Shown in pieces: positions 37,426-50,500 of a stretch of DNA of 64,000 bases. The notes below the pieces were generated by a model. That model saw only the letters and a program-made list of their open reading frames with translations. It was not told the origin of the DNA and searched no databases. The translations under genes and the position numbers were made by a program. Numbering within the stretch: the stretch's first letter is position 1; every line of letters begins with the position of its first letter. Source of the DNA: Dimorphilus gyrociliatus (lineage: Eukaryota > Animalia > Annelida); NCBI GenBank assembly GCA_904063045.1, contig CAJFCJ010000042.1, positions 1-64,000 of the forward strand. Direction: 5' to 3'.

Positions 37426-39039
37426 CTGTATCCTACAAAGTAATTCCAGTGGAAATGTACAATTTTACAAGGTCAATACTTGTTTTATCTATATAAATTT
37501 ATAGAACACTTATATCCCATATCAGTCAGATTATAACATTTCCTAAATTTTCTTTGAGCCTACCAATTTTTATGCCTGTCACTTTTAATCAACAAATGCA
37601 TCATAAATATTATGCCTTCAATCTGGGATTTAACCCAAAGAGTGTCTACAGTAATAGAATATTCCTTTAAGAATTTTCTCTGTCTAAAATGGTAATGCCT
37701 CCCTTTGCAGAGAAAAATGCAGTTTGTCGAAACCCTCAAAACATATACAGATCTCATCTAGTTGACAGATATTCATTTGGTGGAGACTATTCAGTTTTAC
37801 TCACTGTACAGACATTTCTGTTTTGGAACTCTAAGAAAAATTGAATTTTACAGAAAGCTAACAGATAAAAGTCATATTGGGATTTAGCAAAGCATGGCAG
37901 ATTTATCAGGAATTAAATATAAATTAATTTCTCTAACCACACTGTTCAAACATTGGAATTAAATGATGCGATCCCTGTAGAAGAAAATGAAAAGAGTCAG
38001 CAAAAGAAGCTTTAAATCATTTGCATTGTGAAATTTTGTGAAGTGAAGCTATTTCAGAAAAGGACATTTTCTGAGTTGCTTCATCCCCTAACCCTGATCT
38101 GAAGTGTTATTGAACTACTTCCTACATTCTTGGGTATTTCGGTTAGTGTGTTTGGTTTCCACAAGGTGGCAGAAATATGTTGTATGAACAGCGTACTACC
38201 AGACTTAGATCATGCCTCATTTTAATAGAAAATAGATTTCTTCCTGAAAAAACTGGTAAACATTTTGTTTGAGTTGTTTAGAAAAATTACAATTGAAAAA
38301 GTAATTCAACAAAGCATCTGCTTAATTGTCACTTTCTATCACATAACTTGGATGTTGTTGAAAAAACTGACAGTTTTGGCCCAGCTCTGGACAGTGTTTT
38401 AAGCACTTCATTGTCAAGCAGTTGGAATGAACAGTTGATTGTTTTCCTCCTCCTCCTTCTCTTCCACCTCTTGTTACCTGAAAATGCTTTATATTTTATG
38501 CTGAAAATTAATAGAAAACAAGCCGAATAAGTATGAGTGACAATCTCCATAACAACAAAATTGATCAATAAGAAAATGTATAGAGATATAAATAGAACAT
38601 ATATAGAGGGTAATTTTAACTTAGTTTATTGGCTATTTATGAGTTTTTAGATTTAGTGAGGCAGGGTTAAGTAATAACTAGAATAGAATATAAATGATAA
38701 ACTGAAAATTGAATTAGTTTCTCTTAATGTTTTTTGTCCTACTTTTGCATTTTTTGTGTCATTGGTGTGTTCAATATTAAGTAAATGCGTATGTCAAAAC
38801 TATTGATCAAGGCAGGTAGTGGTATTTATTGGCTAACTTCATAAAATAAGCTACCTTATCTGCTATTTTTTCATTCATAAATTTCTTCTGAAGAAATCTT
38901 TTCATTTGAATGTATCATTAAAATCTCTTATTTTAAAGGGAAAATATGAATACAACGGAAGCTGATAAGGTAAGGGAGAAATATTAAACTTTAACTAAAA
39001 CTCTAATTATGACGAGTATTATGTGCTGATTTTTCCTTT

Positions 39040-39338
39040 TTAGGCTTCAATTTCAGTGGTATTTGATAACATCCATGAACCAGCTTCATGCCAAACACTC
39101 CTGAAGTCTACTACAACTAGTTCTTCTATTGTAATGGATACACTTCCTCCTACTATGGCTACTGTTACTGGAGGAGAGCTTACAAAAGTTTAAATCAAGA
39201 GCAATCGTCTGCGAAAATCGTTTCTAAAACATCACTTAAATGGTAAAGTATACTATGGTCTAACAGCAATGATTCTTGGACTTGTAATTATGATTGTTAT
39301 TGTTTATACAAGTTATTATTACAAGTATAAGATGTCAT
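39040..39338 (+). pseudogene. Ser/Thr-rich stalk plus transmembrane terminal exon
   Basis: KSTTTSSSIVMDTLPPTMATVT...*...YYGLTAMILGLVIMIVIVYTSYYYKYKMS*; one internal stop. Confidence 0.35.
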
Positions 39339-40569
39339 AATGTTTTAAGATACAGATTCTTTTAGATGGGCTGAAACATTAAAGCATGACCATATTTAGA
39401 AGTTGCTTTTGTCTTAGAATGTTTTGTCCAGGTACCATAAATGTTGACTTATTTAGAAAAATACTAACATTTGTGCTAAGGAGTTGGTTTTACTAGATAC
39501 ATATTTTATTTGGCAAAATAAAATCCTCAATACCTACTCTTTTTTTAAATGTTAATTATTAATTGTGAATTGAATATTCAAAATGCTTTATTGTCAAAAA
39601 GATAAGTATTTGGTTTATGCTAGTGGTCAATATTTTACATAATTTTTTAAAAGGCTGCAAAGTTACATTAAACTTTCACTCAACGACTAAAAAGTAATCA
39701 CACTAAGCATAGTGGATTTAAGGATGCCTAAAAGCAGCAATGACAACTAGGAATGCTCAAAAATCTCATTATGTATTATCTCTACACAAGCTTTGAGTTC
39801 TGCTATGAAATGCTAGAATTAGAATTTACAATTGAACAATAGGTTCTTATATGCTTAAATGTAAACCTGATTATTTATTGTGGAAGGCTCTTTAACATCA
39901 GTTGAGATTGTAAAATACTTTAAAATCCCATAAAAATGAATTAAGCCATCTTCAGAACATATAAACTGCAGCCAGCAATAACAGAAATTATAAGAGTTAG
40001 TCAACATATGAAAACATATATATCTATAAGAGTGAACTTTCTGGAATTAACATTATCAATTCTCACAGAAATCTCCTCGTTTGAGAAATCAAAAACTTGT
40101 AGTGTGAGTGCAAAAAAGGGATAGCCAGCTCTTACTGGTTGTGCTAATCCCTAACCTATAGTGTTTTGAAGTCTGATATATTAATTCCATCAATACAAAT
40201 TCATAAATTGTTTATAGAAAACATAAATATTTCAATTTTGTCTTATTAAGAATTCTACATGAAAGCAAAAAACATAATGAGTTTTTCAAAATGTCAATTG
40301 TTAAAAATCTATAAACCCTTTCAAATTGATTTTTAATAAAATGAGAGAAATAAATGATGACATTAGTTATAATTTTTGGTCATTTTTATATTTGTATCTA
40401 TGCACCTGTTGCTAATTTGTTAACAGCTGTTAATGGTATTTTCAATCCAATTTTTCTCTCTTCTGTCAGGTGTACTCATACTGAAGATGACAGTAAAACT
40501 TGGCTTATAGTCCTATTATTCAAACTATAAGAATTTTAAATAGATCTGGTTCTACTTCTACCAGATTGC

Positions 40570-41204
40570 GTGATTTGTTCATTGGTACTCAACTATCAAG
40601 AGATGTATCAGTTGTATAAAAATAACTTTCAACCATTTTCTTCAATTGGCACTCCAGTTTCTGCTGCAGGATGTGTAACAATGACGTACAAGAATATGCC
40701 CCACTACTCAACTGCAATGATAATTTACAAAACTATTTCTGGTTTTTTGACAATTTGCCAACCGGAAATATGGAATTTGATTAATATTTCTAAAAATAAA
40801 CCAGCAATAACAGCTCATGTTGATAATGGTAGGCCATTTGCAGCTAATGATGGTCAGTGCAGTTCAGTAAGCTCTGAAGGTGGATTCTGGTGTGCTGAAC
40901 CGGATAAAATAAACCTTCCATGGTGCAAGTTGATTTGGGAAAAGATTCTGTTGTCTTTGCTGTTACAGTTATTGGATCCAATTCAATTGAATTTCAAATA
41001 GAGAATCTTCGTATTGGTTTTTCAAAGAATAGCAATGGTCCAACAAGTGGAATTTTAGTTGAATGTGGCTACAAAGATGGAATTGTACCAGACTATTTTA
41101 CAATGAGATGTCCGCAATGGACAATTGGTCATTTCTTATCAACAATTATTGACCCTCAATCAATCACTAAAACATTAGTTCTATGCCAAATTGATGTTTT
41201 TTGA
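40570..41204 (+). pseudogene. F-type lectin (FTP/F5-8C) domain gene with a 1-nt frameshift
   Basis: NISKNKPA...AANDGQC..WCAE...PW/VQVDLGKDSVVFAVTVIG...IENLRIG..C...C...GHFL...LVLCQIDVF; frame break at ~40922. Confidence 0.7.
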
Positions 41205-43386
41205 TATAATCTGGACAAAAAATTTATACTTTACATAACTTTTCATAATGAAACCAATTATTTCTATACTAATTATTCAGCTTCAAATGATTGCCATGGC
41301 AACATAAAATTCTCCATAGATTTGTTGAGTTATTCAATAAATTGGTTTAAACTTAGGATGAATGGTGTTGGAATAGAAAGAGAATGCATTATGAAATATA
41401 TTTTTGCAATAATATTTTCACAAAATGAAAATAATGAAAATATAAATCAATGTACACTTTCATATACTGACAATGGTTATTTAAAAGCTTGAGATATGTA
41501 TGATACTTGTATATTTCGGGGTCGATATGTATTCAATATATATTTCAATGTTATTGTAGTATGAATAATTGTCAATCAGTTGTATTATTCTTTTCTGCAA
41601 AGCAACATCTGATGTCTAAAGAAATTTTTACCTTTATTGATTTGTTGAAATAGTTTCAAAAATTATTAACCTATTTCTTTTTTTAGTTTGCAAAAAAAAA
41701 ATTCAAACTTATGAATCACTTTGTAAAAATTTATGATAATTTGTAAATTTAATTCATAAAATTAAAGTCACAAGAGCCAATCTGATTATTAACTGTCTCA
41801 GGATTCAAGTTTTCCTCCAAAAGTATTACTTTATTTTCCCAAACATTTTGTAGATTCTCACAAGTTTCATGAACACTGAATGGAAAAACTTCTTGTAATC
41901 TACAGGAGACTTGTGTTCATGAATTCTTTGGGGAAGTATAGGGTGGATGGACACTGTGAACTATCTCATCAATGGTTTCATAAAAGTTTTCATTATTGTT
42001 TAGCTTTTTGAAGTTTTTGCCAGAGGAGAAGGTGAACATGTCTATATCTTTTGTGGGAGTCACTGACTTATATTGTTTCATTTTCTTCAGCTAAGAAAAT
42101 TACTTCCTTTTCCACTATTTCAGCTGATACTACTTCACCTCCATTTTCATTTTTGCTGTTGCTCAGTTCATGTCCACATTCAATTAATCTTTCATTTTTG
42201 TTATCTTTGTTTTCCCATTTAGGGAAATTTCACTAAAAAACTCAGTATCTTTGATTGATTGTCGTTGCTGTTGCACCTGGAAGAAGAAAAGAAGTAAGTA
42301 ATCTGATGGTTGGATAAATTCAAGGGTAAAAATAGCAAAAACAAATAGTGTAAACCAGAATTTCTTTGTTAACTTGTTGCTGCTGCATACCTATTGCATT
42401 CTTCTTTGAGGGTGATGATCATATCTGACTGGTGGAGGCTAGAGTCATCCTTCATTTCCAATGTTACAACAGATGCATTGGATTGACACCTTGTTGGCTT
42501 ATCTGGACCATAACTCAGAAAGGGAAACAATATTGGATTGGATCCTGTTCACCTATGCCCAACTTTCTTCTATCCTTTCCAATAGGAAGAACAAGATCAG
42601 TCACACAGTATTACCAGTCCATGGGCCATCATACTCACAACAAGGGTATTGGAAACTATTGAGGTTTGCTTGGCAGTGTAGCATCTGGCATACTCATTCA
42701 ATACTTCACTTTACAGGATATAAAATAATATCAAATACTTATAGAAATGATCAGGAAAATCTTGATTCTGTTCCATCCTTTGACTTGGTATCTCGACTGA
42801 AGTGAATTTTAGCTCTCATATGGGGTGATTATGAGGCTGTGCAGCAAGCACTTATGTTGGGTAAGATTCTTGATATAGTAGACAGTTTTCTTTGAGTGTT
42901 TGCTCTGCAAAATTTGCAAGAAATAGTAAAAATAAACAGATAAAATTTAGGATAAAATTATCCAGAGATATCAGAATGTATACTATCTTCAGAAATTTTA
43001 AGCTTTTCAACCTTACACATTTGTCTCTGAGAATTAAGACAATTTCATTCTTAGAAAAAGAACATCAATGCAGTCTGTGCAACCTCTACGAACAGCCCAT
43101 TAAATGGCCATTTGGCTAGTTTTACTGTCTTAAATGTCAACTGTAACAGCCTTTTAACCTCTGGCTTTGAGTAAACTTTCCCATTTTGCTGCTTTGAAAT
43201 CCATGTGTTCCCTCTGTAAGAAAAGAACAAGGTATTGTATTAAAGTTACTGGTAACAAACATAAAGACATTCAAAAATTCTTTGTCCTGGACATTGAGAA
43301 AATTGACACTAATCCAAATTGAATGCTTTTTGGAAACCAATTGTTTATGATTCCATTTTTTTAAAAACACCAAAGTCATCTGGTTT

Positions 43387-43594
43387 GGGGCCGACAGAAA
43401 ACGTCCCCAAGTGAGATTTTTGAAAGCAACATTTCGGATTGAAAAATGATATAGGAGGGGTAAAGTAGCTTTTGATTTATAGTTAGGGGGGTTCCATCTA
43501 AGGGTTAGGAGCAATCAAAAAGGTTAAGGAGAGACAAGGGCTAGGTTAGGGTTAGGGTTAAATCATGAATTTGGGGACGTTTTTTGTTGTATCC
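43387..43594 (-). mobile_element. Family A Mutator-type MITE, full copy
   Basis: GGGGCCGACAGAAAACG...CGTTTTTTGTTGTATCC flanked by a perfect direct repeat ATCTGGTTT (43378-43386 and 43595-43603). Confidence 0.9.
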
Positions 43595-44570
43595 ATCTGG
43601 TTTATGCCTATTGTTTTGAAATTTGTCCTTGATTTTAGACAATCAATTTCACAAAACTAAAATTCCAACAACTTGGTAAAATATCAACTGACAGAACAGT
43701 ATATTTTCAACAGCATTTGTTCTACTGATGGTATTTTCTCACAGAGTTGTTGGCATTACATATATTTGTCCAACTTATAATTGAATTAGCTTGCCCAGAT
43801 TGTGGGCAAGGTACAATTTAAATAGTTTAGCAAAGGTGTGGTCAAATGGTAATTGAATTACCCTTTCTAAATGTTGAACATAGTAACATCCTGTTACTAA
43901 ATAAAAATGTAAACTAGACAGTTACGCAGTTGCAAAGTGATGATTGGACACTAGAGAAAAGTCTTCAAGTATATACCTCCTCACTGCTTTACTCCAACAA
44001 GCTAACATCAACCAGGGAGGATCAATTGGAACCAACATCCACTAGGACCTTGCTGTTTCCCCAACCTTGAACACTAGTTTGGTAACTTCCCAATCTACTG
44101 TTAACCACCACTTACTCTACTATTGAACTTTCATACTGTTACTTGTCTAAGTATTCTATTTTGAATACACCACTTCAAAGAAAACACTTTGTTTAAAAAC
44201 ACCTACTGTTATACTTTGCAAATCCATAAATTACCAAGACACACTTAAACTAGGTAGGATTGTAGATGTAAAGTAGTGATTGGGTAACATAAAAAAGTCT
44301 ACAGATATGTCATAAACTTGAAATTTTTTACACTTTAAAAGATTTTACAACTAGTTCTCAACATATTTTCAACAATAGCTAAAATTCTTTAACAATGCAT
44401 GACTAAAAATAAAAACAACATTTCTCTGCCAATATCATTTGTATTTATTACAATCATAAATCTTTAATTATAACACATACACTATCAATCAAATCCATTA
44501 ACATCAACTGAAAGAAGGAAATGATATTATCAAACATGACAAAACTAATCATTCCCATTGAGGTCCCATT

Positions 44571-47500
44571 TTAACCCACAATTTTTTTAAAGAAATCTGT
44601 ATCATCATTGTGTACAAAAAAGTGTCCTTCAGCTTTTCCTTGATTCTTTAGAAGGCATTCTGACATTATATTATTAAAAACAAAAGCTTTGCAATCTACA
44701 TGACTTTTACAATGAGTTGCACAAGATTGTATAGTAGAATGTAGAAATGACACAAGCTCATGTCCTTGATAATTTTTTTTATGATGTCTTTCAAAACCCT
44801 GAACATTATCTGTGCAAAAGAAATGAGATTAAACCATTGCAAAAATTCAAATTTGATGATCTGGTTTTGAGTTATACCTGCTGGTTTTTTGATGAAGAAA
44901 TCTGTATCATCATTGTGTACAAAAAAGTGTCCTTCAGCTTTTCCTTGATTCTTTAGAAGGCATTCTGACATTATATTATTAAAAACAAATGCTTTGCAAT
45001 CTACATGACTTTTACAATGAGTTGCACAAGATTGTATTGTAGAATGTGGATATGACACAAGCTCATGTCCTTGATAATTTTTTTTATGATGACTTTCAAA
45101 ACCCTGAACATTATCTGTGCAAAAGAAATGAGATTAAACCATTGCAAAAATACATATTTGATGATCTAGTTTTCCACTATACCTGCTGGTTTTTTGATGA
45201 AGAAATCTGTATCATCGTTGTCTACAAAAAAGTGTCCTTCAGCTTTTCCTTGATTCTTTAGAAGGCATTCTGACACTTTATTATTAAAAACAAAAGCTTT
45301 GCAATCTACATGACTTTTACAATGAGTTGCACAAGATTGTATTGTAGAATGTGGATATGACACAAGCTCATATCCTTGATAATTTTTTTTGTGATGTCTT
45401 TCAAAACCCTGAACATTATCTGTGCAAAAGAAATGAGATTAAACCATTGCAAAAATACAAATTTGATGATCTGGTTTTGCTTGATACCTGCTGGTTTTTT
45501 GATGAAGAAATCTGTATCATCATTGTGTACAAAAAGGTGTCCTTCAGCTTTTCCTTGATTCTTTAGAAGGCATTCTGACATTATATTATTAAAAACAAAT
45601 GCTTTGCAATCTACATGACTTTTACAATGAGTTGCACAAGATTGTATAGTAGAATGTAGAAATGACACAAGCTCATGTCCTTGATAATTTTTTTTATGAT
45701 GTCTTTCAAAACCCTGAACATTATCTGTGCAAAAGAAATGAGAATAAACCATTGCAAAAATTCAAATTTGATGATCTGGTTTTGAGTTATACCTGCTGGT
45801 TTTTTGATGAAGAAATCTGTATCATCGTTGTCTACAAAAAAGTGTCCTTCAGCTTTTCCTTGATTCTTTAGAAGGCATTCTGACATTATATTATTAAAAG
45901 CAAAAGCTTTGCAATCTACATGACTTTTACAATGAGTTGCACAAGATTGTATTGTAGAATGTGGATATGACACAAGCTCATATCCTTGATAATTTTTTTT
46001 GTGATGTCTTTCAAAACCCTGAACATTATCTGTGCAAAAGAAATGAGATTAAACCATTGCAAAAATACAAATTTGATGATCTGGTTTTGAGTTATACCTG
46101 CTGGTTTTTTGATGAAGAAATCTGTATCATCATTGTGTACAAAAAAGTGTCCTTCAGCTTTTCCTTGATTCTTTAGAAGGCATTCTGATACTTTATTATT
46201 AAAAACAAAAGCTTTGCAATCTACATGACTTTTACAATGAGTTGCACAAGATTGTATTGTAGAATGTGGATATGACACAAGCTCATGTCCTTGATAATTT
46301 TTTTTATGATGTCTTTCAAAACCCTGAACATTATCTGTGCAAAAGAAATGAGATTAAACCATTGCAAAAATACAAATTTGATGATCTGGTTTTGAGTTAT
46401 ACCTGCTGGTTTTTTGATGAAGAAATCTGTATCATCGTTGTCTACAAAAAAGTGTCCTTCAGCTTTTCCTTGATTCTTTAGAAGGCATTCTGACATTATA
46501 TTATTAAAAACAAATGCTTTGCAATCTACATGACTTTTACAATGAGTTGCACAAGATTGTATAGTAGAATGTAGAAATGACACAAGCTCATGTCCTTGAT
46601 AATTTTTTTTATGATGTCTTTCAAAACCCTGAACATTATCTGTGCAAAAGAAATGAGAATAAACCATTGCAAAAATTCAAATTTGATGATCTGGTTTTGA
46701 GTTATACCTGCTGGTTTTTTGATGAAGAAATCTGTATCATCATTGTGTACAAAAAAGTGTCCTTCAGCTTTTCCTTGATTCTTTAGAAGGCATTCTGACA
46801 TTATATTATTAAAAACAAATGCTTTGCAATCTACATGACTTTTACAATGAGTTGCACAAGATTGTATTGTAGAATGTGGATATGACACAAGCTCATGTCC
46901 TTGATAATTTTTTTTATGATGACTTTCAAAACCCTGAACATTATCTGTGCAAAAGAAATGAGATTAAACCATTGCAAAAATACATATTTGATGATCTAGT
47001 TTTCCACTATACCTGCTGGTTTTTTGATGAAGAAATCTGTATCATCGTTGTCTACAAAAAAGTGTCCTTCAGCTTTTCCTTGATTCTTTAGAAGGCATTC
47101 TGACACTTTATTATTAAAAACAAAAGCTTTGCAATCTACATGACTTTTACAATGAGTTGCACAAGATTGTATAGTAGAATGTGGATATGACACAAGCTCA
47201 TGTCCTTGATAATTTTTTTTATGATGTCTTTCAAAACCCTGAACATTATCTGTGCAAAAGAAATGAGATTAAACCATTGCAAAAATACAAATTTGATGAT
47301 CTGGTTTTGAGTTATACCTGCTGGTTTTTTGATGAAGAAATCTGTATCATCGTTGTCTACAAAAAAGTGTCCTTCAGCTTTTCCTTGATTCTTTAGAAGG
47401 CATTCTGACACTTTATTATTAAAAGCAAAAGCTTTGCAATCTACATGACTTTTACAATGAGTTGCACAAGATTGTATTGTAGAATGTGGATATGACACAA

Positions 47501-50500
47501 GCTCATTCCTTGATAATTTTTTTTGTGATGTCTTTCAAAACCCTGAACATTATCTGTGCAAAAGAAATGAGATTAAACCATTGCAAAAATTCAAATTTGA
47601 TGATCTGGTTTTGAGTTATACCTGCTGGTTTTTTGATGAAGAAATCTGTATCATCATTGTGTACAAAAAAGTGTCCTTCAGCTTTTCCTTGATTCTTTAG
47701 AAGGCATTCTGACATTATATTATTAAAAACAAATGCTTTGCAATCTACATGACTTTTACAATGAGTTGCACAAGATTGTATAGTAGAATGTAGAAATGAC
47801 ACAAGCTCATGTCCTTGATAATTTTTTTTATGATGTCTTTCAAAACCCTGAACATTATCTGTGCAAAAGAAATGAGATTAAACCATTGCAAAAATTCAAA
47901 TTTGATGATCTGGTTTTGAGTTATACCTGCTGGTTTTTTGATGAAGAAATCTGTATCATCATTGTGTACAAAAAAGTGTCCTTCAGCTTTTCCTTGATTC
48001 TTTAGAAGGCATTCTGACATTATATTATTAAAAACAAATGCTTTGCAATCTACATGACTTTTACAATGAGTTGCACAAGATTGTATTGTAGAATGTGGAT
48101 ATGACACAAGCTCATGTCCTTGATAATTTTTTTATGATGACTTTCAAAACCCTGAACATTATCTGTGCAAAAGAAATGAGATTAAACCATTGCAAAAATA
48201 CATATTTGATGATCTAGTTTTCCACTATACCTGCTGGTTTTTTGATGAAGAAATCTGTATCATCGTTGTCTACAAAAAAGTGTCCTTCAGCTTTTCCTTG
48301 ATTCTTTAGAAGGCATTCTGACACTTTATTATTAAAAACAAAGCTTTGCAATCTACATGACTTTTACAATGAGTTGCACAAGATTGTATAGTAGAATGTG
48401 GATATGACACAAGCTCATGTCCTTGATAATTTTTTTTATGATGTCTTTCAAAACCCTGAACATTATCTGTGCAAAAGAAATGAGATTAAACCATTGCAAA
48501 AATACAAATTTGATGATCTGGTTTTGAGTTATACCTGCTGGTTTTTTGATGAAGAAATCTGTATCATCGTTGTCTACAAAAAAGTGTCCTTCAGCTTTTC
48601 CTTGATTCTTTAGAAGGCATTCTGACACTTTATTATTAAAAGCAAAAGCTTTGCAATCTACATGACTTTTACAATGAGTTGCACAAGATTGTATTGTAGA
48701 ATGTGGATATGACACAAGCTCATATCCTTGATAATTTTTTTTGTGATGTCTTTCAAAACCCTGAACATTATCTGTGCAAAAGAAATGAGATTAAACCATT
48801 GCAAAAATTCAAATTTGATGATCTGGTTTTGAGTTATACCTGCTGGTTTTTTGATGAAGAAATCTGTATCATCATTGTGTACAAAAAAGTGTCCTTCAGC
48901 TTTTCCTTGATTCTTTAGAAGGCATTCTGACATTATATTATTAAAAACAAATGCTTTGCAATCTACATGACTTTTACAATGAGTTGCACAAGATTGTATA
49001 GTAGAATGTAGAAATGACACAAGCTCATGTCCTTGATAATTTTTTTTATGATGTCTTTCAAAACCCTGAACATTATCTGTGCAAAAGAAATGAGATTAAA
49101 CCATTGCAAAAATTCAAATTTGATGATCTGGTTTTGAGTTATCCCTGCTGGTTTTTTGATGAAGAAATCTGTATCATCATTGTGTACAAAAAAGTGTCCT
49201 TCAGCTTTTCCTTGATTCTTTAGAAGGCATTCTGACATTATATTATTAAAAACAAATGCTTTGCAATCTACATGACTTTTACAATGAGTTGCACAAGATT
49301 GTATAGTAGAATGTGGATATGACACAAGCTCATGTCCTTGATAATTTTTTTTATGATGTCTTTCAAAACCCTGAACATTATCTGTGCAAAAGAAATGAGA
49401 TTAAACCATTGCAAAAATACATATTTGATGATCTAGTTTTCCACTATACCTGCTGGTTTTTTGATGAAGAAATCTGTATCATCGTTGTCTACAAAAAAGT
49501 GTCCTTCAGCTTTTCCTTGATTCTTTAGAAGGCATTCTGACATTATATTATTAAAAACAAATGCTTTGCAATCTACATGACTTTTACAATGAGTTGCACA
49601 AGATTGTATAGTAGAATGTAGAAATGACACAAGCTCATGTCCTTGATAATTTTTTTTATGATGTCTTTCAAAACCCTGAACATTATCTATGCAAAAGAAA
49701 TGAGATTAAAGCATTGCAAAAATTCAAATTTGATGATCTGGTTTTGAGTTATACCTGCTGGTTTTTTGATGAAGAAATCTGTATCATCATTGTGTACAAA
49801 AAAGTGTCCTTCAGCTTTTCCTTGATTCTTTAGAAGGCATTCTGACATTATATTATTAAAAACAAATGCTTTGCAATCTACATGACTTTTACAATGAGTT
49901 GCACAAGATTGTATAGTAGAATGTGGATATGACACAAGCTCATGTCCTTGATAATTTTTTTTATGATGTCTTTCAAAACCCTGAACATTATCTGTGCAAA
50001 AGAAATGAGATTAAACCATTGCAAAAATACATATTTGATGATCTAGTTTTCCACTATACCTGCTGGTTTTTTGATGAAGAAATCTGTATCATTGTTGTCT
50101 ACAAAAAAGTGTCCTTCAGCTTTTCCTTGATTCTTTAGAAGGCATTCTGACATTATATTATTAAAAACAAATGCTTTGCAATCTACATGACTTTTACAAT
50201 GAGTTGCACAAGATTGTATAGTAGAATGTAGAAATGACACAAGCTCATGTCCTTGATAATTTTTTTTATGATGTCTTTCAAAACCCTGAACATTATCTGT
50301 GCAAAAGAAATGAGATTAAACCATTGCAAAAATTCAAATTTGATGATCTGGTTTTGAGTTATACCTGCTGGTTTTTTGATGAAGAAATCTGTATCATCAT
50401 TGTGTACAAAAAAGTGTCCTTCAGCTTTTCCTTGATTCTTTAGAAGGCATTCTGACATTATATTATTAAAAACAAATGCTTTGCAATCTACATGACTTTT

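Noticed and set aside
42432-44150. Possible LINE endonuclease remnant (IISNTYR...IWGDYEA; DLAVS) or retropepsin (VLVDVGS) fragments
   Set aside because: Motifs are short, in stop-ridden frames and mutually incompatible; not supportable without a profile search.
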